DNA of 64,000 nucleotides from an uncultured Actinomycetota bacterium (GCA_963743915.1 CAVURN010000001.1:800001-864000); one strand, 5' to 3'; positions 43,496 to 53,926 are shown, numbered from the stretch's first letter. The notes: generated from the sequence alone by a model not told the origin. Numbers and translations are program-made.

Positions 43496-44352
43496 ATGAC
43501 GTACGAAACCCTGGAGCACGACGTGCTCGAGACCCCCGCTGACACCGACCGTCGCCCCGGCCGCACCCGGGCCGATCGCCTTCGCCGACGAGTACGCCGA
43601 CCCGGCGCGCTACGACCTCGAGTACGGCGCGCCCGGCCTCGACGTGCCGTTCTACCTGGCGCTCGCCGAGCAGACCGGTGGTCCGGTGCTCGATGTCGCC
43701 ACCGGCACCGGACGCGTCGCCCTCGCCCTGGCCGAGGCTGGCCACGAGGTCACCGCGGTCGACATCGCTCCTGCCATGGTGGCGTTCGCCGCGGCCAAGG
43801 ACGAGAACGACACCGTCGCCTGGCTCGAGCAGGATGCCCGTGAGCTGAAGGTGCGCGGCCGCTTCGGCCTGGCCGTCATCGCGGGCAACGCGCTGCAGCA
43901 GTTCCTGAGCAACGCCGACCGCGCCGAGGTGCTCAAGGCGGTCTACCGGCACCTCACCCCGGGCGGCACGCTCGCCCTCGCGATCCGCTTCCCGCACGCC
44001 GCCGAGCTCGCCCGACAGGTCGAGACGCCGGTGATCTGGCACTCGTACACCGACGCAGCCGGCAGCCAGGTCGTGGTGTCCGGAACGCAGCGCTACGACG
44101 CCGCCACCCAGGTGATGACGCACGAGACGTACCGGCAGTTCGCCGTCGACGGCACGCCCGCCGCGACGCCGACCGCCACCGCCGTCCGCTACTCGTACCC
44201 GCAGGAGCTGGTCGCGGCACTGACCGCGGCTCGCTACGAGGTCGAGGGTCGTCTACGCCGACTTCGCCGGCACGCCCCTGACGGCCGAGACGGCCGCAAC
44301 CGCGTCCGCGCTCGTGGTGGTGGCGCGCAAGCCGGAGACCACCAAGCGCTGA
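43496..44352 (+). CDS. Class I SAM-dependent methyltransferase (frameshifted near both ends)
   Basis: YDLEY..DVPFY, VLDVATGTGR, HLTPGG, RYSYPQEL, then VYADFAGTPL in a shifted frame. Confidence 0.85.
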
Positions 44353-44373
44353 GGCTCCCAGACCGAAACGCAT

Positions 44374-44431
44374 CGAGTGGCGCGAGACGGGGCACCTGAC
44401 AGCACGTCAGTCACCAGTTTCGCGCCACTCG
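44374..44431. repeat. Intergenic palindromic element (family B)
   Basis: CGAGTGGCGCGAGAC...GTTTCGCGCCACTCG between convergent genes. Confidence 0.7.
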
Positions 44432-44466
44432 GCGTTGGCCTCCGGCGTAGACGCCGCGCTGACGCG

Positions 44467-45146
44467 TCAGACGCTGCGGAGCACCGCCGTCACCTTCCCG
44501 ACGACGACGGCGTCGTCGCCGAGGATCGGCTCGTAGTCGGCGTTGTGCGGCATGAGCCACACGTGGCCGTCCCGCTTCTTGAAGGTCTTGACGGTGGCCT
44601 CGCCGTCGAGCATCGCCGCGACGATGTCGCCGTTCTCGGCCGTCGGCTGCTGGCGCACGACCACCCAGTCGCCGTCGCAGATCGCGGCGTCGACCATCGA
44701 GTCGCCGACCACCTTGAGCAGGAAGAGCTGGCCGTCGCCGACCAGCTGCTTGGGGAGCGGGAAGACGTCCTCGACGGCCTGCTCGGCGAGGATCGGCCCA
44801 CCGGCGGCGATCCGGCCCACCACCGGCACGTAGGCGGCGGCCGGGGCGGCGTTGCCGCTGTCGGTGAGGTCGACCGGGCGTCTCCGCGGCGTCCGGCAGC
44901 CGGACCTCGATCGCCCGGGGACGGTTGGGGTCGCGCCGGATGTAGCCCTTGCGCTCCAGCGACGCCAGCTGGTGCTTGACGCTGCTCGGGCTGGTCAGGC
45001 CCACGGCGTCGCCGATCTCGCGCATGCTCGGCGGGTAGCCGCGCTCGGTCGACCGAGCGGTGGATGTGCTCGAGCACGAGTCGCTGCCGCTGGGTGAGGC
45101 CGTCGTCGGCGACAGGGCCGTCGGGCATCTCGTGGACTCCGCTCAT
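44467..45146 (-). CDS. lexA: SOS repressor LexA (frameshifted in at least two places)
   Basis: [35 protein letters not shown], the IAAG cleavage site, GDSM and ATVK, spread over different frames. Confidence 0.95.
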
Positions 45147-45271
45147 GGGCTCATCTCCTGCGGTCGGCGGGGTGGCTGCGGCGTGCTCGGCGATCGGGTG
45201 GGTCCGGGTTGTCAGACCCGGCGTGCACGGTGGACCCATGCCCTCCGTGACAGTGGTGACGCTAGCGCGAA

Positions 45272-45378
45272 TCGAACGCCTGTTTCAAACACCTGTTCGA
45301 TTTTGTGCGCGTGTGTCGTGACTTTCGCGGAGTCATGGTGTACACATCGTACAGACGTTCGATCGAACACCCGTTCGA
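45272..45378. promoter_or_regulatory. Cluster of four LexA boxes between lexA and the LysM gene
   Basis: TCGAACGCCTGTTTCA (45272), TCAAACACCTGTTCGA (45285), TCGTACAGACGTTCGA (45347), TCGAACACCCGTTCGA (45363). Confidence 0.88.
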
Positions 45379-45398
45379 CCCTTCCCCCGGAGGTCCCC

Positions 45399-45752
45399 AT
45401 GAGCAGCACCACCGCCGCCATCCGCCATCGACGCCACCGGCCTGACCGCCGGCGGCGTCCGGCTGACCCGTCGGGGCCGGCTCGCCCTGGTGGCTCCTCG
45501 GTCGCGGCGACTGGCGCTTCGCGCTCCTCTCCCTCGGTCCAGGTGGCCGTCCCAGGCCGGCGACGACCGCGCGGACGCCAGCGCGGCCGGCACCGCGTGG
45601 GTGGTGCAGCCGGGGGAGACGCTCTGGGTGATCGCCGAGCGGGTCGACCCGCAGACCGATCCCCGCGAGACGGTGGCCCGCATCGTGCGCGATGAACGAC
45701 CTGCCCAGCTCGTCGGTCGTGCGCCGGCCAGGAGCTCGTCGTTCCCGCCTGA
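45399..45752 (+). CDS. LysM-domain SOS-induced division inhibitor-like protein (ChiZ/YneA type; several indels)
   Basis: VRLTRRGRL, a hydrophobic segment, VVQPGETLWVIAERVDPQTDPR and GQELVVPA*. Divergent from lexA and upstream of nrdR. Confidence 0.82.
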
Positions 45753-45848
45753 CCTGCGGTGATGGGGGAGTGCTGGGCGAGGCGACACGCCGACGCGAGA
45801 AAGTTGCCGCCCAACCCTTGCCAGGGTCGGGTGCCGAAGCGTACGGTA

Positions 45849-45896
45849 CCCCTACATCTAGTAGTTACATCCCTGTAAGTCCTCCACAGATTGTGG
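45849..45896. promoter_or_regulatory. Tandem NrdR boxes
   Basis: CCCCTACATCTAGTAG (45849) and CCTCCACAGATTGTGG (45881), 32 bp apart, matching acaCwAtATaTwGtgt. Confidence 0.8.
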
Positions 45897-46031
45897 TCTG
45901 GTGTCCCCAGGTTTTCCCGGGTTCTCCCCAGGAAATCCCCAGGATCCGTCCCCAGACCGCCCGCGAGGCGGTCCGACCAGGGATCGGCGGCACGGTCCTG
46001 CGGAGGGCCGGCGGAGAGGAGGGCGTCAGCC

Positions 46032-46518
46032 ATGTACTGCCCCTTCTGCCGGGCCACCGAGACCCGGGTGGTCGACTCCCGCACCGCGGACGACGGGGCC
46101 GCGATCCGGCGTCGGCGCCAGTGCGCGGAGTGCGGCCGACGGTTCACCACCGCCGAGAACGCCACCCTGGTCGTGGTCAAGCGGAGCGGGGCCACCGAGC
46201 CCTTCAGCCGGCCCAAGGTGATGGTCGGCGTCCGCAAGGCCTGCCAGGGCCGTCCGGTCACCGAGGACGACCTCGCCCTGCTCGCGCAGCGCGTCGAGGA
46301 GACGGTCCGGGCCACCGGCGCCGCCGAGATCGACTCGCCACGAGGTGGGCCTGGCCATCCTCGGCCCGCTCCGCGAGCTCGACGAGGTCGCCTACCTGCG
46401 CTTCGCCTCGGTCTACCGGAGCTTTGAGTCCCTCGAGGACTTCGAGGCCGAGATCACCCTGCTCCGCGCCGAGCACGAGCCGGTCGGCGTCGAGCCACCG
46501 GCCGCCCCCAGCCCGTAA
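46032..46518 (+). CDS. nrdR: Transcriptional repressor NrdR (frameshifted near 46337)
   Basis: [27 protein letters not shown], then [14 protein letters not shown] in a shifted frame. Confidence 0.95.
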
Positions 46519-46588
46519 ACAGCCAAGAACCCATCCAACCCGACACCGTACCCCGTTCGTTCACTGTCCACCAGGAGGGGCAGCACCG

Positions 46589-49472
46589 ATGACCGAAGCC
46601 GCAAGCGACGTATCCCAGGACTCCACCGACCGACCGGAGGTGATCCGTCACGGCATGAGCATGGAGCGGATCTACACCACCCCCGGCGTGCACCCCTACG
46701 ACGAGGTGACCTGGGAGCGTCGTGACGTCGTCCAGAACAACTGGAAGACCGGCGACGTCGTCTTCGAGCAGCGCGGCGTCGAGTTCCCCGACTTCTGGTC
46801 GGTGATCTCCTCCACGATCGTCACCACCAAGTACTTCCGCGGCGCTGTCGGCACCGACGTCCGCGAGTGGTCGCTGCGGCAGCTGATCGACCGCGTCGTG
46901 CTCACCTACCGCCGCGCCGGCGAGGAGCACGGCTACTTCGCGACGCCCGAGGACGCCGAGATCTTCGAGCACGAGCTCACCTACGCGCTCCTGCACCAGA
47001 TCTTCAGCTTCAACTCCCCGGTGTGGTTCAACGTCGGGACGCCGGCGCCGCAGCAGGTCAGCGCCTGCTTCATCCTCGCCGTCGACGACTCGATGGACTC
47101 GATCCTGAACTGGTACCGCGAAGAGGGGATGATCTTCAAGGGTGGCTCGGGGGCCGGCCTGAACCTCTCCCGCATCCGCTCCAGCAAGGAGCTGCTGTCC
47201 TCCGGCGGCACCGCATCCGGCCCGGTCTCCTTCATGCGCGGGGCGGACGCGTCCGCCGGCACCATCAAGTCCGGTGGCGCCACGCGGCGCGCGGCCAAGA
47301 TGGTCGTCCTCGACGTCGACCACCCCGACATCGAGGAGTTCATCGAGACCAAGGCGCGCGAGGAGGACAAGATCCGCGCGCTCCGCGACGCCGGCTTCGA
47401 CATGGACCTCGGCGGCAAGGACATCGCCAGCGTCCAGTACCAGAACGCCAACAACTCGGTCCGGGTCAGCGACGAGTTCATGCGAGCGGTCGAGGAGGGC
47501 GACGAGTTCGGGCTCCGCGCACGCGCCGACGGCTCGGTGATCGAGACCGTCGACGCCAAGGGGCTCTTCGACAAGATCGCGCAGGCGGCCTGGGAGTGCG
47601 CCGACCCCGGCATCCAGTACGACGACACGATCAACGACTGGCACACCTGCCCCGACTCGGGCCGGATCACCGCGTCGAACCCGTGCAGCGAGTACATGCA
47701 CCTCGACAACTCGTCCTGCAACCTCGCCTCGCTCAACCTGATGAAGTTCCTGCACGAGGACGACACCTTCGACGCGTCGACGTTCTCCAAGGTCGTCGAG
47801 CTCGTCATCACCGCGATGGACATCTCCATCTGCTTCGCCGACTTCCCGACCGAGGCGATCGGCGACACCACGCGCAAGTTCCGCCAGCTCGGGATCGGCT
47901 ACGCCAACCTCGGCGCGCTGCTGATGGCGTCCGGCCTGCCCTACGACTCCGACGCCGGGCGGGCGCTCGCCGCGTCCATCACCTCGCTGATGACCGGCAC
48001 CGCCTACAAGCGCTCGGCCGAGCTCGCCGCGGTCGTCGGGCCCTACGAGGGCTACGCCCGCAACGCCGAGGCGCACAAGCGGGTCATGCGCAAGCACGCT
48101 GCGGCCAACGACGCGGTGCGCACGTTCTCCTCGCTCGACAAGGACGTCCACGCCCACGCCACGAAGGTCTGGTCCGACGTCATCGCGCTGGGCGAGAAGA
48201 ACGGCTACCGCAACAGCCAGGCGTCGGTGCTCGCGCCGACCGGCACCATCGGGCTGATGATGGACTGCGACACCACCGGCATCGAGCCCGACCTCGCCCT
48301 GGTGAAGTTCAAGAAGATGGTCGGCGGCGGCTCGCTGCAGATCGTCAACAACACCGTGCCGCGTGCGCTGCGCAAGCTCGGCTACACCGAGGAGACGATC
48401 GAGGCGATCGTCGAGCACATCGCCCAGCACGGCAACGTGGTGGACGCCCCAGGCCTGCGGCCCGAGCACGAGTCGGTGTTCGACTGCGCCATGGGCGCTC
48501 GCACCATCGGACCGATGGGTCACGTGCGGATGATGGCCGCCGCCCAGCCGTTCCTGTCCGGTGCGATCTCCAAGACCGTGAACATGCCGGAGACGGCCAC
48601 GGTCGAGGAGATCGAGGAGGTCTACTTCCAGGGGTGGAAGCTCGGCCTGAAGGCGCTGGCCATCTACCGCGACAACTGCAAGGTCGGCCAGCCGCTGTCC
48701 GACGCCAAGGGCACCAGCCGCGACAACGGGGTCAGGGCGCAGGCGACGCCGCGAGACGGTCATCGAGTACCGGCCGACCCGCAAGCGGCTCCCGAAGAGC
48801 CGGCCGGCGTCCACCACGTCGTTCACCGTCGGCGGTGCCGAGGGCTACATGACCGCCTCGCGCTACCCCGATGACGGTCTCGGCGAGATCTTCCTCAAGA
48901 TGTCCAAGCAGGGGTCGACCCTCGCGGGGATGATGGACGCCTTCTCGATCGCGATCTCGATCGGCCTGCAGTACGGCGTCCCGCTCGAGACCTACGTGAA
49001 GAAGTTCGTGAACATGCGCTTCGACCCGGCCGGTCTCACCGACGACGCCGACGTCCGGATGGCGCAGTCGATCATGGACTACATCTTCCGCAGGCTCGCC
49101 CTCGACTACCTGCCGTACGACAGCAGGGCGGGGCTCGGCATCTACACCGCCGAGGAGCGCACCCGGTACGTCGAGACCGGCTCCTACGAGCAGGCCGAGG
49201 CGATCGAGTCCGGTGACGACGCCGAGGCGGTCGCTGCCGAGCTCGAGACGCTGGCGCAGTCCGCACCGGTCACCGAGGCTCCGACGGCCGACGCCGAGGC
49301 TCCGCCCGCTGCGGCCACGGTGACGTCGGCGCACTCGTCGACCGAGCTGCTCGAGGCCATGCAGGGCACGGCGTCCGACGCGCCGATGTGCTTCACCTGC
49401 GGCACCAAGATGCGGCCGGCCGGCTCGTGCTTCGTCTGCGAAGGATGCGGAGCCACCAGCGGCTGCAGCTGA
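46589..49472 (+). CDS. nrdJ: Class II (B12-dependent) ribonucleotide reductase (frameshifted near 48750)
   Basis: FNSPVWFN, SACFIL, NPCSE, APTGTI and GAISKT. The C-terminal TSCPD-type domain with a Cys-rich tail lies in ORF 48849-49472. Confidence 0.96.
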
Positions 49473-49482
49473 GCCGCCTTCC

Positions 49483-49520
49483 AACGGAGCGTTGCCCGCC
49501 GATGCAGGCAACGCTCCGTT
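49483..49520 (+). terminator. Hairpin after nrdJ
   Basis: 14-bp perfect stem AACGGAGCGTTGCC/GGCAACGCTCCGTT, 10 nt after the stop codon. Confidence 0.65.
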
Positions 49521-49641
49521 CGGCGTTGTCCCAGTAGGCTGGCGGGCGTGATCGACGCCGCCCACCCTCCGACCGACAAGGTGGATCGGCAGGCACAGCG
49601 GCCCGTGGTCGCGGCACTCCGTCACCACGAGGGAGCCTGAC

Positions 49642-50571
49642 ATGCCCAAGTCGGTCATCATCACCTGCGCACCCACGGGCGGCATCCACACGCCGACGAT
49701 GTCGCCGCACCTTCCGGTGACGCCGGACGAGATCGCGGTCGCCGCGATCGAGGCGGCTCGTGCGGGGGCCGCGATCATCCACCTGCACGCCCGCAACCCG
49801 GAGACGGGTCAGCCTGACCCCCGTCCGGAGCTGTTCGGTGAGTTCATGCCGAAGATCGCCGCTGACTGTGACGCCGTGCTCAACGTGTCGACCGGTGGTG
49901 GGCTCGGCATGTCGCGTGAGCAGCGGCTGCGGGCGGCGGTCGCGACCTCGCCGGAGATGGCGTCGCTCAATGTCGGCTCGATCAACTTCGGCATCTTCCC
50001 GCTGCTGCAGAAGTACTCGGAGTGGAAGCACGAGTGGGAGCCGGAGTTCCTCGAGATGACGCGCGACTTCGTCTTCAAGAACACGTTCGCCGATCTCGAG
50101 TACGTCGTGAAGGAGCTGGGCCAGGGCCACGGAACCAAGTTCGAGTTCGAGTGCTACGACCTGGGCCACCTCTACAACCTCGCCTGGTTGATCGACCAGG
50201 GGTGGCTGGAGCCACCGTTCTTCGTGCAGATGGTGTTCGGGATCCTCGGGGGCGTCGGTGCAGACCTCGACAACCTGATGCACATGCACACGATCGCCGA
50301 CAAGCTCTTCGGTGACTCCTACGAGTGGTCGGTCCTCGCGGCCGGACGCCATCAGATGGGCTTCGCCACCGAGGCCGCGATGCTCGGTGGCAACCTGCGG
50401 GTCGGCATGGAGGACAGTCTCTACATCGGACCTGGTGAGCTGACGCCGTCCAACGCCCACCAGGTGCGGAAGATCCGCGGCATCATCGAGTCCCTGGGGT
50501 ACCAGGTCGCCACGCCGGCGGAGGCGCGTGAACGTCTCGGGCTCAAGGGCGCCGACCACGTCACCTTCTGA
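49642..50571 (+). CDS. Beta-keto acid cleavage enzyme (BKACE/DUF849, Kce family)
   Basis: ITCAPTG, PVTPDEIA, IHLHAR, STGG, EFECYD, RVGMEDS. Confidence 0.93.
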   Translation: MPKSVIITCAPTGGIHTPTMSPHLPVTPDEIAVAAIEAARAGAAIIHLHARNPETGQPDPRPELFGEFMPKIAADCDAVLNVSTGGGLGMSREQRLRAAVATSPEMASLNVGSINFGIFPLLQKYSEWKHEWEPEFLEMTRDFVFKNTFADLEYVVKELGQGHGTKFEFECYDLGHLYNLAWLIDQGWLEPPFFVQMVFGILGGVGADLDNLMHMHTIADKLFGDSYEWSVLAAGRHQMGFATEAAMLGGNLRVGMEDSLYIGPGELTPSNAHQVRKIRGIIESLGYQVATPAEARERLGLKGADHVTF

Positions 50572-50777
50572 GAGCGCGGAGTGGGCGGACCCCTCGACCG
50601 TCTCGCACGTGGCCGCCCTCGGCGACTGGTTGACCACGGAGCGCGACCGGCTGCTCACGGCGGCCGTGACTTCTCCCGGAGAGCGTCCGATTCGTGACGC
50701 CGATCATGCCCAGATGGCTGCGGAAGGGCCCCCCAGCGTCTAGCCTCGCGTCGTTCAACCCCCTACAGGAGGTATCG

Positions 50778-51570
50778 ATGCGCAAGCTCGTGCTCGCGGC
50801 CATCACCGCGCTGCTCGCCCCCCTTGTCCTGCTGCCAGGAACGGCACAGGCCATCCAGTTCGGAACACCCGACGGAGACGGTCACCCGTACGTCGGTCTG
50901 GTGGTCCTCTACGACGACGGCATCCCCCAGTGGCGCTGCACCGGCGCCCTGATCTCACCCACCGTCTTTCTCACCGCGGGTCACTGCACCGAGGCACCGG
51001 CCGACGAGGCGCGGATCTGGTTCTCGTCCGGCCCCATCGACGCGGACAGCGGCTACCCGCTACACCGGGTACGACGCCGCCGGCACGCCCGTCCCTGAGC
51101 CTCGCTACGCCGGGCTCACGCTGCCTGCGACCTATGACATCGGCGTCGTCACCCTCGACGCGCCTGTTGTGATGGATGACTACGCCCAGCTGCCGACGGC
51201 CGGGTTGCTCGACAAGCTGGCCAGCAAGCGCGGCCAGCAAGAGGTCACCATGACGGTGGTGGGCTACGGCCTGCAGAGCGTGAAGCCGGTGGAGTCCTCG
51301 ATCCGCGAGCGGATGGTCGCGACCACCAAGGTCGTCCAGCTCAAGAATGCGCTGACCGACGGCTACAACGTCCGACTCTCCTCCAACCCGGGCAACTGGT
51401 CCGGCGGCACCTGCTTCGGCGACTCCGGCGGACCGGTTCTGTACAACGACACCGACATCGTCGTCGCGGTGAACTCGTTCGTGCTGAACTCCAACTGCAA
51501 GGGGTCCGGCTACGGGTACCGGGTCGACACCGCGGCATCACTGGCGTTCGTTGACCAGTACATGAGCTGA
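50778..51570 (+). CDS. Secreted trypsin-like (S1) serine protease (frameshifted near 51060)
   Basis: Signal peptide ending AQA, CTGALI, TAGHC, DIGVV, CFGDSGGP. Confidence 0.9.
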
Positions 51571-51586
51571 CACGCTCACCGCACCT

Positions 51587-51630
51587 CTCCGAGGGTGGGC
51601 CTTCGTCCCACGACGGGCTCACCCTCGGAG
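51587..51630. terminator. Probable bidirectional hairpin terminator
   Basis: CTCCGAGGGTGGGCC/GGCTCACCCTCGGAG stem between convergent genes. Confidence 0.6.
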
Positions 51631-51637
51631 GGTCGCG

Positions 51638-52123
51638 TCAGGCAGCGAGGACTCCGTCGATCTGGCCCATCGCCGCTCGGAGTCCTTCCTCCATGCCCAT
51701 GGCGATCAGCTGCTCCATCGCGGCGAGCGACGGGAAGGTCGAGGTCATCGTCATGGTGACCCCACCGGTCCGGTCGGTGATCTCCATGCGCATGTGGGTC
51801 GTCGGCATGCCGTCGGCCGGTTCGCCGGAGTCGTCGGCGAAGCCGTCCTGCAGCACCAGCAGGCGCGGCGGAGCGGCCTCCAGGATCTTCCACCAGCCGT
51901 GGAACTTCTCCCCGTCGGGGCTGGTCATGTAGTAGTTGACCGCACCACCGGGTGAGAGGTCATGGTCGACGACGGTGGCCGGGTACGTGGGCGGTCCCCA
52001 CCAGCGCTCGAGCTGGCGCGGGTCGTTCCACAGCTGCCAGGCGCGCTCTGCCGGCACGTCGTACTCGGCGACGACAGTCATGGTCAGGCGCTCGGGGTCT
52101 TTGGTCATGCTCGTGACACTCAC
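51638..52123 (-). CDS. SRPBCC/AHSA1-domain protein
   Basis: AWQLWNDPRQLERWWGP, DLSPGG, GMEEG. Confidence 0.9.
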   Translation of the reverse strand: MSVTSMTKDPERLTMTVVAEYDVPAERAWQLWNDPRQLERWWGPPTYPATVVDHDLSPGGAVNYYMTSPDGEKFHGWWKILEAAPPRLLVLQDGFADDSGEPADGMPTTHMRMEITDRTGGVTMTMTSTFPSLAAMEQLIAMGMEEGLRAAMGQIDGVLAA

Positions 52124-52470
52124 GGATCTCTCCTCTGTTCGTCCTCAGCCAGCAGCTCCTGCATACGGTCGACGCGTCCGCGCCAGACCTGCTCGAGCGT
52201 CTCGAGCAGGCGCTGCGCCCGCTGGATCGCCTCCATCTGTCCCACCACCCGTGTCTCGCGTCCCTGCCTCCGCTTGGTGACCAGTCCTGCCTGCTCGAGG
52301 ACGGCCACGTGCTTCTGGACTGCGGTCAGGCTGACGGGGTACCGACGGGCGAGCGTCGAGACCGACAGCTCGGTGTCGAGGGCCGTCCGGACGATGTCGC
52401 GCCGGGTGGGGTCGGCCAGCGCATGGAAGAGCCGGTCGACGTCTGTGTCAGCGATCACATCTACAACCAT
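52120..52470 (-). CDS. ArsR/SmtB-family regulator
   Basis: FHALADPTRRDI, AVQKHVAVLEQAGLV, GRE. Confidence 0.9.
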   Translation of the reverse strand: MVVDVIADTDVDRLFHALADPTRRDIVRTALDTELSVSTLARRYPVSLTAVQKHVAVLEQAGLVTKRRQGRETRVVGQMEAIQRAQRLLETLEQVWRGRVDRMQELLAEDEQRRDP

Positions 52471-52506
52471 TTGGTTGTAGATTACCCGGGAACCCGACAG
52501 TGTCAA
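52459..52506 (-). promoter_or_regulatory. ArsR operator palindrome and promoter
   Basis: 11-bp perfect IR ATCTACAACCA-TT-TGGTTGTAGAT (52459-52482) covers the start codon. TTGACA-N16-TAATCT lies on the minus strand. Confidence 0.75.
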
Positions 52507-52645
52507 GGAATCCGAATTCACCACGGTTGTCCCGTGTTCGGCTGGACCCAGAGCCCGACAGGCCGCAGGATGGGCGGGGCAATCACAGGGGGAGTGGCGT
52601 CGGCGCCTGGCGGGGCGGCACGCCGGGGGTGGCGAGGAGAGTCGC

Positions 52646-53926
52646 GTGGACGCTGTGCGACGCACGGTGTCGGTGGCTGCCGTCGGGCTTCTGGTCACGA
52701 TGCTGATCCCGGTGGGATCGGCCCACGGGTCGCTGGCCCACGACTCGGTCGTGCAGGCCGACCCGGCGGACTTCACCCCCAACGTCGAGTCCGGCAGCTC
52801 GTACGCGACGACCACCGTGCTCGCCCTGGCGCAGGGTGACGACACCATCTACGCCGGCGGCTTCTTCCACACCGTCACCGACGCCGACGGCAGCACCACC
52901 TACCGGCGCGACAACCTGATGGCGTTCAGTGCCACCACCGGTCAGATGCGGCCGTTTGCGCCGAACGTGAACGGCAAGGTCTGGGCGGTCGAGGAGCACG
53001 ACGGAGCCCTCTTCGTCGGCGGGGAGTTCACGTCGGTGGACGGCGTGCCGCGTCCGGGCCTGGTCAAGCTCGACGCCACCACGGGCAGGGTGATCACCCA
53101 GTTCCGTCCGCGGTTCTCGGAAGGGGACGTGACCCAGGTGCGCATGGTCGGCCGTCGGTTGGTGGTCGGCGGCACCTTTCCGGGAAAGCTGCGCGCGCTC
53201 GATCCCCGAACCGGTGCCGACACCGGATTCATCCGGCTGGCCATCACCGGGAGCGTTGCGGACAACGCGGGGCTCACCAACGTCTACCGGTTCGACGTGA
53301 GTCCTGCGGGGACCCGTCTGCTTGCCATCGGCAACTTCACCTCCGTCGGGGGCGTGCCGCGTCGACAGGCGTTCATGCTCGACCTCAGCGGACGCAAGGC
53401 GCGCGTCGACAGCTGGTTCTACCGCGGCCTGAACAACAAGTGCCGAGGACCGAGGACGCCGGCCTTCCTCCGCGACGTCGACTTCTCGCCCGATGGCAAG
53501 TACTTCGTCGTGGTGGCAGCGGGTTACGTTCCCCGGACGCGAGGACTGGGGCGGGACATCTGTGACGCCGCCGCGCGGTTCGAGACCCGCATTGCCAAGC
53601 CCTACCGACCGACGTGGATCAACTACACCGGAGGGGACACGCTGCACTCGGTGGCCGTGACGGGACGAGCCGTGTACGTGCAGGGCCATCAGCGCTGGCT
53701 CGACAACCCGCTCGGCCGCGGCGAACCGGGGCCCGGAGCGGTGTCGCGCCCGGGCATCGGAGCGATCCAGCCGCGCGGCGGGAAGGCTCTGGCGTGGAAC
53801 CCCGGCAAGACGCGTGGTGTCGGAGGCAAGGACTTCCTGGTCACCCACGCCGGACTCTGGGTCGGCAGCGACGGCACTCGGTTCGCCGGCGAGTATCGCG
53901 CAAGGATCGCTTTCCTGCCCCTGTAG
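52646..53926 (+). CDS. Secreted beta-propeller-like protein
   Basis: Signal peptide, repeated blades IYAGGFF, LFVGGEFT, LVVGGTF, LAIGNFT, VYVQGH, LWVGSD. Confidence 0.75.
   Translation: MDAVRRTVSVAAVGLLVTMLIPVGSAHGSLAHDSVVQADPADFTPNVESGSSYATTTVLALAQGDDTIYAGGFFHTVTDADGSTTYRRDNLMAFSATTGQMRPFAPNVNGKVWAVEEHDGALFVGGEFTSVDGVPRPGLVKLDATTGRVITQFRPRFSEGDVTQVRMVGRRLVVGGTFPGKLRALDPRTGADTGFIRLAITGSVADNAGLTNVYRFDVSPAGTRLLAIGNFTSVGGVPRRQAFMLDLSGRKARVDSWFYRGLNNKCRGPRTPAFLRDVDFSPDGKYFVVVAAGYVPRTRGLGRDICDAAARFETRIAKPYRPTWINYTGGDTLHSVAVTGRAVYVQGHQRWLDNPLGRGEPGPGAVSRPGIGAIQPRGGKALAWNPGKTRGVGGKDFLVTHAGLWVGSDGTRFAGEYRARIAFLPL

Noticed and set aside
44467-46518. Programmed frameshifting in lexA, the LysM gene and nrdR
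   Set aside because: There are several shifts per gene with no shared slippery motif, and neighbouring genes show the same error pattern.
45692-49472. NrdJ with a 300-aa N-terminal extension, or a naturally split NrdJa/NrdJb
   Set aside because: The extension overlaps nrdR and is low-complexity, and the true start follows AGGAGG at 46589. The break near 48750 continues seamlessly in another frame (VIEYRPTRKRLPKSRP), as expected for an indel.
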